Source: Acidobacteriota bacterium (lineage in GTDB: Bacteria > Acidobacteriota > UBA6911 > RPQK01 > JAJDTT01). Taken from it: 64,000 bases of DNA. Below are positions 19,538 through 30,103 of the stretch, in pieces. How positions within the stretch are numbered: the stretch's first letter is position 1; each line of letters begins with the position of its first letter. The stretch spans positions 416,001-480,000 of the forward strand of contig CBDCJH010000002.1 in NCBI GenBank assembly GCA_965217775.1, written 5' to 3'. Position numbers and translations under genes: made by a program. The notes below the pieces were generated by a model. That model was not told where the DNA came from. It made no database searches and saw only the letters and a list, made by a program, of their open reading frames with translations.

Positions 19538-21623
19538 CGACGAACTCCAGGTTTAGATTCCCCTGTTGGTCCAGCCAGGCACGGGCGCCGGGCGGTACGA
19601 CGATGGTCGAATCGTATTCGTCGATCAACAAAGGACCATTTTGAGGGTCTCTCAGGTCGCTACGGCCCAGCACGGGCGCATCCATCACCGTTCCGGAAAA
19701 ACAGGCCCTGCGGCTGGGCGCCCTGGTGCCCAGATATTCGGCCGGCTTCAAGGCCCCCTCCTGGCGCGGTTCCCCGGCCCGGCCGATCAATCGGACGGCC
19801 ACCACTTCGATGGGATTGTCGGGATCGGAACGGTGTCCGTAGAGTTTCTCGTGCTCCGCTACAAAATCAGTGCACAGGTTTTGGACGGTATGGCCGCTGA
19901 TCTCGTCTGCGGTGATCTCCAAGCGAATCTCGGAGGTCTGCCCCTTGAAGCGTACGTCGCAGGCGGCCGACAACCGGACCTGTTCGGCGGGGAAGCCCTC
20001 GGCCTGGAACTGGGCCAGCATCTTCGCGCGCATCTCGTCGCTGACGTTCCGAAGCGCCGTCGCCGTCAAATCTGTTCCGGAAAGCAGACAACTGCGAACG
20101 TCGTGGTGCTCGATTCCCGAAAAGAGCAGTCCCAAGGCGCTGAACAGGCCCGGCAGCGCAGGAACGATCATTCGGCTGATGCCCAGTTCACGCGCCAGGC
20201 CCGCAGCATGGATCGGCCCGGAGCCCCCGAACGCCATCAACACGAAATGGCGCGGGTCGCGTCCGCGTTCGGTGGAGACGGCCCGCAAAGCCCTCATGGT
20301 GCGGGCATTTCCGATGCGATGGATGCCTTCGGCCGCCTGAATGAGATCCAGGCCCAGAGGCGCTGCGATCTGGTCGGTAATGGCTCTCTCCGCGGATTCG
20401 CGATCGATACTGACCTGGCCGTCCGCCAGATCGCCGGGCCGGATGTAGCCCAGGACCACGTTGGCGTCCGTCAGTGTGGTTGCCCGGCCACCCCGTTGAT
20501 AGCAGACGGGGCCGGGCACGGCGCCGGCACTGCGCGGACCGACCCGCAGGCCCCCGGCCCGGTCCAGGTAGGCGATGCTTCCGCCACCGGCTCCCACCTC
20601 CGCAATGTCGATGCTGGGCGCCCGAATCAGTTCACCGCCGCCTCCCACCAGCCGGCTGACGACGGAGAGTGAGGAGCCCACCTCGTATTCCGGACTGTAG
20701 TCGATCTTTCCGCCTTCGATCATGGAGGCCTTGGCCGTGGTTCCCCCCATGTCCAGTGTGATGACGTTTTCGATCCCCAGACGGCCAGCCGTAAAACCTG
20801 CGGCCAGGACTCCCGCCGCCGGGCCCGATTCCAGCACGAACACGGGACGGCGCGCCGCATTGTCGTCCGGCGTCAATCCGCCTGCGGACTGCATGATGTG
20901 GAGCGGGGCATCGATTTCCAGGTCGTGAAGTCCGTGCCGCAGGGCGTTCAGGTACACGTGCATGATGGGCCGCACGTAAGCGTTGACGACCGTGGTTGCC
21001 GTCCGTTCGTACTCCTTCCGCTCCGGCAGCACCTCGTGCGAAAGCGAGACGGGTGTGTTAGGGAAATGCTTGCGCAGAAACCGGCCCACGACCATCTCAT
21101 GCTGGGGATACGCGTACGAATGGATGAAACAGACCGCGATGGACTCGACTGCCTCGGCCTCGAGCCGCTCCTTGATACGCCATAGATCGGCTTCATTCAG
21201 CGGTGTCAGGACGGCGCCGTCGGCCGCAATCCGCTCGTCGACCTCGAAACGGAGATAGCGTTCCACCAGAATCTCCGGTTTGTCGAAAAACACGTCGTAG
21301 ATCTGGGGAGCCCGGATGCGGCGCAGCTCCAGCACGTCCCGGAAGCCCTTGGTGGTGATCAGGGCCGTCTTGGCGCCCCGATGTTCCAAGACGGCGTTGG
21401 TGGCCACCGTGGTACCGTGAGCGACTTGCCTCACCGCGGGACCGCCGGTCCTGCTCTCGCGCATAAGACTCGCGCTGGCGAGCAGGACCGCCTGCTCGAA
21501 GTCGGGGGGAGTCGAAGGCACCTTCTGGCTCCAGATTCTACCCTCGGCGTCCAGGAGGATCACGTCTGTAAACGTACCGCCAACGTCGGCGCCAATCCGG
21601 ATGTGTCCTTGTTGTTCACTCAT
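19509..21623 (-). CDS. Hydantoinase A / oxoprolinase ATP-binding subunit
   Basis: DVGGTFTD, HGTTVATNA, ESGPAAG, DMGGTT, GAGGGSIA, AFGGSGP. Confidence 0.93.
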   Translation of the reverse strand: MSEQQGHIRIGADVGGTFTDVILLDAEGRIWSQKVPSTPPDFEQAVLLASASLMRESRTGGPAVRQVAHGTTVATNAVLEHRGAKTALITTKGFRDVLELRRIRAPQIYDVFFDKPEILVERYLRFEVDERIAADGAVLTPLNEADLWRIKERLEAEAVESIAVCFIHSYAYPQHEMVVGRFLRKHFPNTPVSLSHEVLPERKEYERTATTVVNAYVRPIMHVYLNALRHGLHDLEIDAPLHIMQSAGGLTPDDNAARRPVFVLESGPAAGVLAAGFTAGRLGIENVITLDMGGTTAKASMIEGGKIDYSPEYEVGSSLSVVSRLVGGGGELIRAPSIDIAEVGAGGGSIAYLDRAGGLRVGPRSAGAVPGPVCYQRGGRATTLTDANVVLGYIRPGDLADGQVSIDRESAERAITDQIAAPLGLDLIQAAEGIHRIGNARTMRALRAVSTERGRDPRHFVLMAFGGSGPIHAAGLARELGISRMIVPALPGLFSALGLLFSGIEHHDVRSCLLSGTDLTATALRNVSDEMRAKMLAQFQAEGFPAEQVRLSAACDVRFKGQTSEIRLEITADEISGHTVQNLCTDFVAEHEKLYGHRSDPDNPIEVVAVRLIGRAGEPRQEGALKPAEYLGTRAPSRRACFSGTVMDAPVLGRSDLRDPQNGPLLIDEYDSTIVVPPGARAWLDQQGNLNLEFVDDRDRSHHP

Positions 21624-22020
21624 AATCAGATAACAAACAGGATTGGTGAGTATCTTCGGTGTTGTGTCGGATCGTGCGCAGGGTCTTCATCTCCAACAGG
21701 CGTTCACCGTGGCTGAGTAGCCTAACTTGCACCGGGAGACGGTTCAAGACGTGATCTCTTTGAGGTCGTCGAAGATCCGGCTCCACGGGAGGCGGCTTTC
21801 TTGCCGCCCATTGGGACAGGCGACTTTCTTGTCGCCTGCAGGAGGGGTGACTCCCAGTCGCCTGTTCCTTCTCTGCTCCGTTGATACTGTGGAGTTCGAC
21901 GGCTGGAATGCACCCCGCTCCCATTTGGCGGCGGTGCCGCGGCTGAAGTCGCGGATCGCCACATCAGGAAAGTGTACGCTGCAACCGTGTAAACTTGCCG
22001 ATGAAAATATGGATCTGATC

Positions 22021-22167
22021 ATGAAAAATATCCCCTTGAGCGCCGACGAGAACCTGATTGAGGCGGGGCACCAGGCTGCCGCGGCCATGAGAGTGATCCG
22101 CGAGTTGCAAGCCAGCATTTTCACCGGAGGACACACGTTCACTCGGGATCCGATAAATGAGCGTTGA
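22021..22167 (+). pseudogene. Internally deleted type II antitoxin
   Basis: MKNIPLSADENLIEA joined directly to [20 protein letters not shown]; overlaps a PIN toxin start. Confidence 0.5.
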
Positions 22168-22308
22168 ATATATTCTCGACACCCACGTCTCGGGTTCTTG
22201 TTCTTTGCGGCCGCGATCGAAGCGGGCTGCAGAATCCTATACAGCGAAGACCGTCAGCATGGACAGCAGATTTCAGGCGTCACCATCACGAATCCTTTCG
22301 GGAAGTGA
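22157..22308 (+). pseudogene. Internally deleted VapC/PIN toxin
   Basis: N-terminus MSVEYILDT, then out-of-frame C-terminus [31 protein letters not shown]. Confidence 0.65.
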
Positions 22309-22382
22309 GTAGATCCGGGGCAGAGAAAGTGAACCGGAAGAGGGTCGAAGTGCTCCAGCGTACCGACGACAATCCTGGCGAC

Positions 22383-23111
22383 ATGACGATGAACTTGACC
22401 AACCTGTTCTTCGAACGCCCCATCCTCAACTCGCCGTACGAGTATCCGAACCGGCATTGGGAACTGGACGGGGCCGGGCAGCCGACTCAGAAGATCATCG
22501 AAAGCCGTCGGCCGGCCGAATTCATCACGCCGATCCCGAAACCTAGAAAGCGTGGACGCCGGCAACGCGAGATGGTCTTCGACGAGCAGGCGCCGCCGCT
22601 CTTCATCCAGGAGGTGGAAGGAAAATCGAATCGCTATGTCCGTTTTTTAGATGACTTCTCAGTTTATCCTCGGACAAATGTATGGCTTGACGTGGGCGGC
22701 GTCCAAAGCCGTACAGATCCAAAGGTGTATGTAGTGCAAACTGCTACCGAAGCCGTCAAGCGTTGCATTTTGATGACTACGGATCCCGGCGACCTAGTGC
22801 TGGATCCCACCTGTGGATCCGGTACGGCTGCCTACGTAGCCGAACAATGGGGCCGGCGCTGGATCACCATCGACACGTCTCGCGTCGCCCTCGCCCTGGC
22901 CCGCTCTCGTGTCATGGGCGCACGCTATCCCTACTTCCTTCTCTCCGACAGTCGCGATGGACAATTGAAAGAAGCCGAGATCAACCGAGATGCCTGGGCT
23001 ACCCTTCGTAGCGACACCTCTCGCCCCTTCGCCAAACCCCAGTCCGGCCGGATCGTCGTCAAGGTCATCAACCACCTCGGCGACGAAGTGATGAAGGTGT
23101 TCCGTGTCTGA
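22383..23111 (+). pseudogene. Collapsed type III restriction-modification remnant: Res N-terminus fused to Mod C-terminus
   Basis: [18 protein letters not shown] (Res-like) joined to [22 protein letters not shown] and [14 protein letters not shown] (Mod-like); no DPPY motif or helicase motifs. Confidence 0.7.
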
Positions 23112-23616
23112 GCGGGGGATTTCGGACATCAAACCACGCGTATATGTTGAGACCACCGTAGTCAGCTATCTGACTGCCCGTCCGGCGCGTGACATCGTTG
23201 TTGCGGGACATCAGCAGAGCACGCGCGACTGGTGGACGAGGGCCGAAACAAGGTTCGAACTGGTGATTTCCGATCTGGTCTACGAGGAAGCGGGTGCGGG
23301 TGATCCTGACGCGGCCAGGAAACGGTTGAACGCGATCGCCTCACTGGTGCAGCTTGAAGCGACTCCCGAAGCGCAAATGCTGACTGAACGGCTAGTCGCC
23401 GCCGGTGCCATCCCTGAGCGAGCCGTCCGTGACGCTGCCCATATCGCCATCGCTGCAGCCAACGGAGTCGAATACCTTGTCACTTGGAACTTTCGTCATA
23501 TCGCCAACGCGATGACAAGGATGCAGATTGAGTCCGTCTGTCGGCGGTCGGGTGTTGAATCCCCCGTGATTTGCAGTCCAGATGAATTGATGGAGGACAT
23601 CAACGATGAGGAGTGA
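23104..23616 (+). CDS. PIN-domain (VapC-like) protein
   Basis: [40 protein letters not shown]. Confidence 0.85.
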   Translation: MSERGISDIKPRVYVETTVVSYLTARPARDIVVAGHQQSTRDWWTRAETRFELVISDLVYEEAGAGDPDAARKRLNAIASLVQLEATPEAQMLTERLVAAGAIPERAVRDAAHIAIAAANGVEYLVTWNFRHIANAMTRMQIESVCRRSGVESPVICSPDELMEDINDEE

Positions 23617-23803
23617 CCCGATTGTGGATGAAGTTCGCGCTATAAGAAACAGACTTGCCGCTCAGTGCGAGTACGACGTCGATCAGATCTTCCGACGTAT
23701 CCGGCGCCGCCAAGTCGACTCCGGCCGGAATTACGTGCGGTACCCCGCCCGCAGAGTGACGAAAGACAAAGACACGCGAGGGTTTGGCGCGGATAGTTGG
23801 TAA
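23606..23803 (+). CDS. Small protein paired with the PIN protein (putative antitoxin)
   Basis: [14 protein letters not shown]; overlaps the PIN gene stop. Confidence 0.65.
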   Translation: MRSDPIVDEVRAIRNRLAAQCEYDVDQIFRRIRRRQVDSGRNYVRYPARRVTKDKDTRGFGADSW

Positions 23804-24118
23804 ATGTCCCAGTGATCTGTTGGTTGTACTGAGAATGATTTCGTGACGGTTCCTATCGTTTCACCCCAACACCCGCGGGATCCGTAACGCCTCCGCCGGT
23901 AACAACTGATGGTTCAGCACGGCTGGCCGCATCGAGTGACGCTTCTTCAAGCTGCACAAGTCGGATTTTTGGGGAATCGGGATCCTTTGTTTGACAGAAC
24001 TCTTCACCCCAGCAAGACCGGGAATCCGTCCGTATGCACCGTCAACCGCGACGGTCGATTCGTGCCGGACACATGCCGTTGTGACTTCTTCGTCGGAGAT
24101 CTGTGAGTCAAGGCAAGC

Positions 24119-24940
24119 ATGGACTTCCTTATCGCCGACACCTTCACCGGAGGCTTGGCCAAGCTGACTGGTAACGAGCAGAAGGCAGCCAAGACCACCG
24201 TCCTCGACCTCCGATTGAACCCGGCGCAGCCCGGACACCGGTTCCACAAGCTGGACCGAGCCCGCGATCCACGGTTCTGGTCCGTGCGCGTCAATCGTGA
24301 TGTTCGGATGATCGTCCATCGGACCGGCAAGAACCTGCTGCTGTGCTACGTGGATCACCATGACAGAGCCTACCATTGGGCCGAACGGCGCAAACTGGTC
24401 ACCCACCCCAAGACCGGTGCGGCCCAACTGGTGGAAGTTCGGGAGACGGGTGAAGAGATCACGGTCCCCAGATTCGTGGATGTCGAGAAGGACTTGTCGC
24501 CCAAGCCGCTTCTGTTCAAACACCTCGCCGAGCGCGAGCTGCTGAGTTACGGAGTGCCGCCGGAATCGCTGAACGACGTACGCAAAGCCGACGAGGACAG
24601 TATTCTGGAAATCGCCGATCATCTTCCGGAAGAGGCGGCGGAGGCATTGCTCAAGTTCGCCGTCGGGGAAACTCCGAAACCCGTCCAGCCGGAGGTCGTT
24701 CCCGATCCCTTCGAGCATCCTGATGCTCAACGAAGATTCCGCGTCATAGACGACGTAGCGGAGTTGGAGCACGCTCTTGAATATCCAGCGGAGAAATGGG
24801 CGGTCTTCCTCCATCCGGCGCAGCGTCAAATCGTAGAAGCGATCTACGGAGCGCCTTTGACAAGGCAACTTTCCAGTCGCCCGTTTCCGTTTTCGCCCGT
24901 TACGCTGCGTCTCACCCTATCTCCGGAGTTCGGCGACTGA
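24119..24940 (+). pseudogene. Truncated N-terminus of a RelE-like domain plus UvrD-type helicase protein
   Basis: MDFLIADTF..FWSVRVNRDVRMIVH..YVDHHDRAY; ends just after W.VFLHPAQR, before any Walker A motif. Confidence 0.65.
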
Positions 24941-24956
24941 GAGCCGCCGCTCCCGC
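24931..24956 (-). repeat. Short palindromic REP-like repeat, family 2
   Basis: Reverse complement GGGAGCGGCGGCTCTCAGTCGCCG. Confidence 0.45.
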
Positions 24957-25095
24957 GAGGTGCCGGCCGGTAGGGGATCTTCTCGCAGACCTTCAGGCGT
25001 ACTGGAACCGGACCCGGCGTAGTCGATCCGCGACCAGTGAGCTATCCTTCTGCTATGGAACCGTAAAGGCCCTGCTGGTTGGAAGCTGACCTGAA

Positions 25096-27072
25096 ATGGA
25101 AAAGACAGACAGATCGCTGGCAATAAAGGCCTACGAAGACATGTTGACCATTCGGGCGTTTGAGGAAGAGGTGACTCGCCAGTTCCGGGGCGGCAATTTC
25201 CCGCGCCATGCCCACACCTACCAGGGACAGGAGGCAGTCGCGGTCGGCGTCTGCCAGGCACTGGAGCGGGATGACTTCATCACCAGCACTCACCGGGGCC
25301 ATGGCCACCTCATCGCCAAGGGGGCCGATCTACGACGCTCGATGGCCGAATTTGCCGGTAAAGCCACTGGGTATTGCAAGGGCAAGGGCGGCGAGATGCA
25401 CGTCATCGATCTCAAGATCGGGATGCTGGGAGCGGTCAGTGTCGTGGGTGGCGGAATCCCGCTTGCGGTCGGAAGCGGCCTGGCCAGCCAAGTGGGCCGG
25501 GACAGCCGAGTGACCGTCTGCTTTTTCGGCGACGGAGCCGCCAACCAGGGAACCTTTCACGAGGGGCTCAACCTGGCCGCGGCTTGGAAGCTTCCCGTCG
25601 TTTTCGTCTGCGAGAACAACGGCTACGCCATGACGGTGAAGTCGTCGAACGTGACTTCCGTTGAGGATTTGGCCGTCCGGGCCGGATCCTATGGGATACC
25701 CGGGTTCAGTGTCGACGGCAACGATTTCGCCGCGGTACACGAGGCGGCCAAGAGAGCGGTGGGGAAGGCCCGGGACGGCAAGGGTCCGTCCCTGATCGTC
25801 TGCAATACCTTCCGTTACGAACCGCACGCCACCGTCTTTCCGCCCGCCCTGCACCCGGCGCCGGCGGAGGAAGTCAAGGAATGGAAGCATCGCGATCCCA
25901 TCGACCGCCTCCGTCGTGAGCAGACGAACGTCCTCACGGAGGAAGAGGACGAGGCCATTCGCGCTCGTGTGCGCGTTCGGGTGGAAGACGCCCTTCGCTT
26001 TGCTTTGGATTCGGAATGGCCGGATCCGTCCGAAGCCACCACGGAGGTCTATTCGCCGGCTTACGTTCCCCCCCGCCCTGAGCCGCCCGCAGGCAGCCGC
26101 AAGATCACGTACACCCAAGCTCTCAACGAAGCGCTCCGGGAGGAGATGACAGGTGACGATCGTTTGATCGTCATCGGAGAAGACGTCGAAATCCTGGGAG
26201 GGTTGTTCGGAGTCACTCGCGGTCTGGCCCGCCAGTTCAAGGATCGCGTCCGGGATACGCCGATCTCGGAGAATTCCTTCACCGGAGTGGGGATCGGGGC
26301 GGCCGTGCGCGGCTATCGGGTCGTGGTTGAATTGATGTACGTGGATTTCACGACCCTGGCCATGGACCAGATCGTCAATCTCGGGGCCAAGCTCCACTAC
26401 ATGACCGGCGGCCAGGTCAAGGTGCCGGTGGTGATTCGAACCGCGACCGGCGCCGGCGGCAGCGGCAGCGCCACCCATTCACAGAGTCTAGAAGCGTGGC
26501 TCTATCACGTTCCCGGATTGAAGTTGGTCATGCCGACCACGCCCTACGATGCCAAGGGTCTGCTGAAGACCGCGATCCGGGATGACAATCCGGTCCTGTT
26601 CCTGGAGCACAAGCTGCTCTACCAGACCAAGGGTCCGGTCCCCGAAATCGACTATGCGATTCCCTTCGGGGAAGCGGTCATCCGTCGCCCGGGGGATGAC
26701 GTCACCGTCGTGGCCACCGGAGCGATGGTCCAGGAGGCTCTCAAGGCCGCCGACGATCTGTCGCGGCGGGAGAACGTCGAACTGGAGGTGATCGATCCCC
26801 GGACTATCGTGCCCCTCGATATGGAAACCATCGTTTCCTCAGTCAGAAAAACACGCACGGCGGTGGTCTTGAACGAGGCTCCCCGCCAAGGCTCTTTTGC
26901 CGCCTGCTTGGCCAGCGAGATCGGAGAAGCGGCATTCGATTGGCTGGACGCTCCGGTCGTCGCACTGGGAATGCAACATACGCCTATTCCGTTCTCTCCG
27001 GCCTTGGAGAAAGAGTTGATTCCCAACGCTGAGCTGCTGAAAGCGGCGGTTCGGGAGCAGCTTGACCTTTGA
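25096..27072 (+). CDS. Fused E1 alpha/beta subunit of a TPP-dependent 2-oxoacid or acetoin dehydrogenase
   Basis: HRGHGH, GDGAANQG, CENN (alpha) then GEDV, DTPISE, HSQSLE, EVIDPRT (beta) in one ORF. Confidence 0.9.
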   Translation: MEKTDRSLAIKAYEDMLTIRAFEEEVTRQFRGGNFPRHAHTYQGQEAVAVGVCQALERDDFITSTHRGHGHLIAKGADLRRSMAEFAGKATGYCKGKGGEMHVIDLKIGMLGAVSVVGGGIPLAVGSGLASQVGRDSRVTVCFFGDGAANQGTFHEGLNLAAAWKLPVVFVCENNGYAMTVKSSNVTSVEDLAVRAGSYGIPGFSVDGNDFAAVHEAAKRAVGKARDGKGPSLIVCNTFRYEPHATVFPPALHPAPAEEVKEWKHRDPIDRLRREQTNVLTEEEDEAIRARVRVRVEDALRFALDSEWPDPSEATTEVYSPAYVPPRPEPPAGSRKITYTQALNEALREEMTGDDRLIVIGEDVEILGGLFGVTRGLARQFKDRVRDTPISENSFTGVGIGAAVRGYRVVVELMYVDFTTLAMDQIVNLGAKLHYMTGGQVKVPVVIRTATGAGGSGSATHSQSLEAWLYHVPGLKLVMPTTPYDAKGLLKTAIRDDNPVLFLEHKLLYQTKGPVPEIDYAIPFGEAVIRRPGDDVTVVATGAMVQEALKAADDLSRRENVELEVIDPRTIVPLDMETIVSSVRKTRTAVVLNEAPRQGSFAACLASEIGEAAFDWLDAPVVALGMQHTPIPFSPALEKELIPNAELLKAAVREQLDL

Positions 27073-27131
27073 GTTCGCCACGGAGCAATCGGTTTGACTT
27101 CACGGACGCCGCTGGGCAAAGGTGATTCGCC

Positions 27132-28328
27132 ATGACCGATCTCAGAATGCCCGCATACGGGATCTCCGATGCCGGAGGCACGGTCATTCGGTGGCTGAAG
27201 AAGATAGGGGACGCCGTTCAAGCGGGCGAATCCCTGGTCCTGGTCGAAACCGAAAAGGCGGCGGTGGAGTTGGATTCCCCGGCCACCGGGATCTTGCGAG
27301 AGATTTGTGTCGACCAAGGTCACGTCTCCGTCGCACAGCTTCTGGCCGTCATCGAGGACGAGACTGCCGCCGGCGAATCTCCAATTCCGCGTCCAACTTC
27401 CGCCGAATCGACGAGGACGGGTCCCGCCACGGAAGGCGTTCCGGAAGGTTCGGTCGTACCGCGGCGCCCGGCCCGCTCGACCAGGCTCTCAGCCGAGCCC
27501 AATGTGCGCGCGGCGCCCGCAGCCCGGCGTCTGGCCCGGAAGCATGGCATCGATCTGGGCCGGATCCGGGGAACCGGGCCCCGAGGCCGGATCGTCAGGG
27601 CCGATGTGGAACAACTGATCGGCGCCTCCCAACCCGGCTCGGCAGCCATAGCCTCCGGCAGTGGACCCGAAACGGAGCGGGAGGAACTCTCGCAGATAAG
27701 GCGTGTGGTGGCCCAGCGAATGATCGAGAGCGCCACGACCATCCCTCAGTTCCATCTGACCGTGGACGCCGACGCCAGCGCACTGCTGAAGGCGTACCGG
27801 CAACGGCGGCAGACCGCCCAGGGGATCTCGATGACCGCGTTTTTGGTCAAGGTGCTGGCGGAATTGCTGAAGCGCAATCCCCGTTTCAACGCCTCCTGGA
27901 AAGAGGATCACATCGAGATCCACCGCGATGTGAATATCAATGTTGCGGTGGCCACCGATCGAGGACTGCTCGTCCCCGTCCTGCGTGATTGCGCTTCCGG
28001 AACGATCGACGAAATCGACGAGCAACTGGTTGATCTGGTGAGTCGCGCCAGAGCGGGGAAAGTCCTTCCCGAAGACTTCGCCGGGGGCACCTTCACTCTG
28101 AGCAACCTCGGCATGTACGGGATCCGCGAGTTCAACGGCCTGATCAATCCCCCCCAGAGTGCGCTGCTGGCCGTCGGAGAGATCCGGGAGCGACCCTTCG
28201 TGAACCAGGGGATGATCGGGATTCGGCCCGAGATGTCGCTCACGCTGGCGGCGGATCATCGCGTCGTCGACGGCGCCGAGGCCGCCCAGTTTCTGGATGC
28301 GTTGCGAAGAAGCCTGACTCGCCTGTGA
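27132..28328 (+). CDS. Dihydrolipoamide acyltransferase (E2)
   Basis: Lipoyl motif ETEKA, subunit-binding GTGPRGRI, catalytic DHRVVDG. Confidence 0.92.
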   Translation: MTDLRMPAYGISDAGGTVIRWLKKIGDAVQAGESLVLVETEKAAVELDSPATGILREICVDQGHVSVAQLLAVIEDETAAGESPIPRPTSAESTRTGPATEGVPEGSVVPRRPARSTRLSAEPNVRAAPAARRLARKHGIDLGRIRGTGPRGRIVRADVEQLIGASQPGSAAIASGSGPETEREELSQIRRVVAQRMIESATTIPQFHLTVDADASALLKAYRQRRQTAQGISMTAFLVKVLAELLKRNPRFNASWKEDHIEIHRDVNINVAVATDRGLLVPVLRDCASGTIDEIDEQLVDLVSRARAGKVLPEDFAGGTFTLSNLGMYGIREFNGLINPPQSALLAVGEIRERPFVNQGMIGIRPEMSLTLAADHRVVDGAEAAQFLDALRRSLTRL

Positions 28329-29418
28329 CGCCGGTCGGATCGGAACCGGTATCCATTCGTATTCGAATCAGTCGGGAATGACCGGCAGGACCACATGAGA
28401 CGGGTAGCGGTCATCGTGATAGATGGTCTGGGTCGCGACCTTCATCTCCGCACTCTTGCCCAATGGATTGCCGGTGTTCAAATTCCTGGCGAAACGTGGG
28501 AAGTTGCTGCTGGAAACCTCCAGCCGGATGCGGCTTCCCGGCTGAAACTCCCAACTCGTCTCCCAGATCTCGATTGGAATCTCGTAGACCCTTCCGGGTT
28601 CGATCAAGGTCGGATTTTCCAACGATTCCCGGAAGCTGGCCCGGCGGATCCCCTCACTGATGTGAATTGCCGTTCCATCCGCCAACACCTCGGTCAAGAC
28701 GGCAGTGAAATCGGTGTCGACCGCGCTGGAAGCGGCATAGAGCTTCAACTCGATGGGGCCCGTGACCTCCAGCTTTTGGGTCAAGGGCTCACTGGTATAG
28801 ATCAGGACGTCGTCCCGCTTCTGGACGGGCCGGCGGTCCTGAGGCCCTCTCTGGTCGGGAGGAAACTCGGTCTGTCCTCCCACGGTGGGGACGGGGTTGG
28901 CGGGATCGTATTGGAAGCTGTCTTGAGGAGCACCGTCAGGCGGGGGTGACGTTCCCAGGGTGCCGTCGCCAGGGACGGAGTTGGCGGCTCCGCCGCTATT
29001 CAGGTAGTACTTGGTCCACCGGGTGCGGGCCAGGGGCCATTCGTGCTCGTCACGCCACTTGTTGGCGCGCATCACGAACAGCCGGATGGGGGCCTCCTGG
29101 TCGATGCCGTTGGGGATGCCCTTGAGCCAATAGTCATACCATCGGACGTGCAACTCCTCGACGTCGAGAAGGGAGGATTCCCCAAAGTCGATCACCCAGT
29201 TGTCGTAGGTCTGATTGTAGGAATGGGACCAGGGTCCGACCAGGATCTTGGTCTGCTTCCGGGCCAACTCGGATCCCCCTTCCTCTCGAAAGCCGATGAA
29301 CTGCCGCCAGATCTCATGTTCCAGGTTGTCGTACCAACCGGTCAGGAAGTAGGCGGGGACCTGGATCTGGTCGTACTTTCCCTTGGGGATTATATACGAA
29401 AGTGCCGAAACCTGAGCA

Positions 29419-29601
29419 TTAACGCCGGTTCCGTGGCCGGTCTATCCATCTGATATTCACGGGCTGGACCAATGCACGGGCCAGCTCCTCGAAGTCTGCT
29501 TCCACGCGCATATCCGGTTCCAGTTCGGCCTTGGTCGGTTGGTAGGAATCCTTGACCAGTTCGATGGTGGGATGTTGGGGATTGTGTCTGGGTTTCTTCA
29601 T
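29419..29601 (-). CDS. 60-aa hypothetical IS passenger protein
   Basis: ATGA overlap with the preceding passenger ORF; ends 8 bp before the TIR. Confidence 0.55.
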   Translation of the reverse strand: MKKPRHNPQHPTIELVKDSYQPTKAELEPDMRVEADFEELARALVQPVNIRWIDRPRNRR

Positions 29602-30103
29602 GCGGCCCTCGGCATCCTAGGTTGTTTCCCCTCAAAGTAGTCTTCCGCCGTGTAGATTTGAATCTTGGGCAGGTCCATGAAGCGTCCGGCGTTGACGGCG
29701 GCATTTCTCATGCCGTTGGTCACTCGGTCTCGAAAGCAGGTGAAGATGCCGAGATCAGCTCCGGCCTGTCGACGTGCGCCGTTGAAGGCTTGGACGTGTC
29801 CGGGATTGGTAGAGCCGCCTTTGACCTGAGAAACGATGTCAATGAACCGGCCCTTGCGGATCGGGAGCCGTCCCACGCCGTCAATTCCGCCATCCCGTCT
29901 CTGGATTCGGTTCGGCTCCGTACCCTCCACCAGAGCAGCAGCCCACCTCTCAAACCGGAATTTATCGATGCTGGCAAGCTCCTGAGCGTGTGTGATGGTA
30001 TGGGGAAGGCCAATGTCTTGGGTGTGTTCCCAACGGATTCATCCGGGACATCCTCCCGCATGACTTCAAGGTGGTCTCCAAAGCTCAGTCGATTTTCGTT
30101 CAA
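29598..30103 (-). pseudogene. Internally deleted DNA methyltransferase-restriction endonuclease passenger gene
   Basis: NRLSFGDHLEVMREDVPDESV (MTase start, cut before DPPF) then, in another frame, DKFRFERWA..DGGIDG..IVSQVKGG (Mrr-like nuclease). Confidence 0.72.

Noticed and set aside
23909-24106. 65-aa ORF in the defence islet
   Set aside because: Possibly another gene fragment but not assignable to any family from sequence alone
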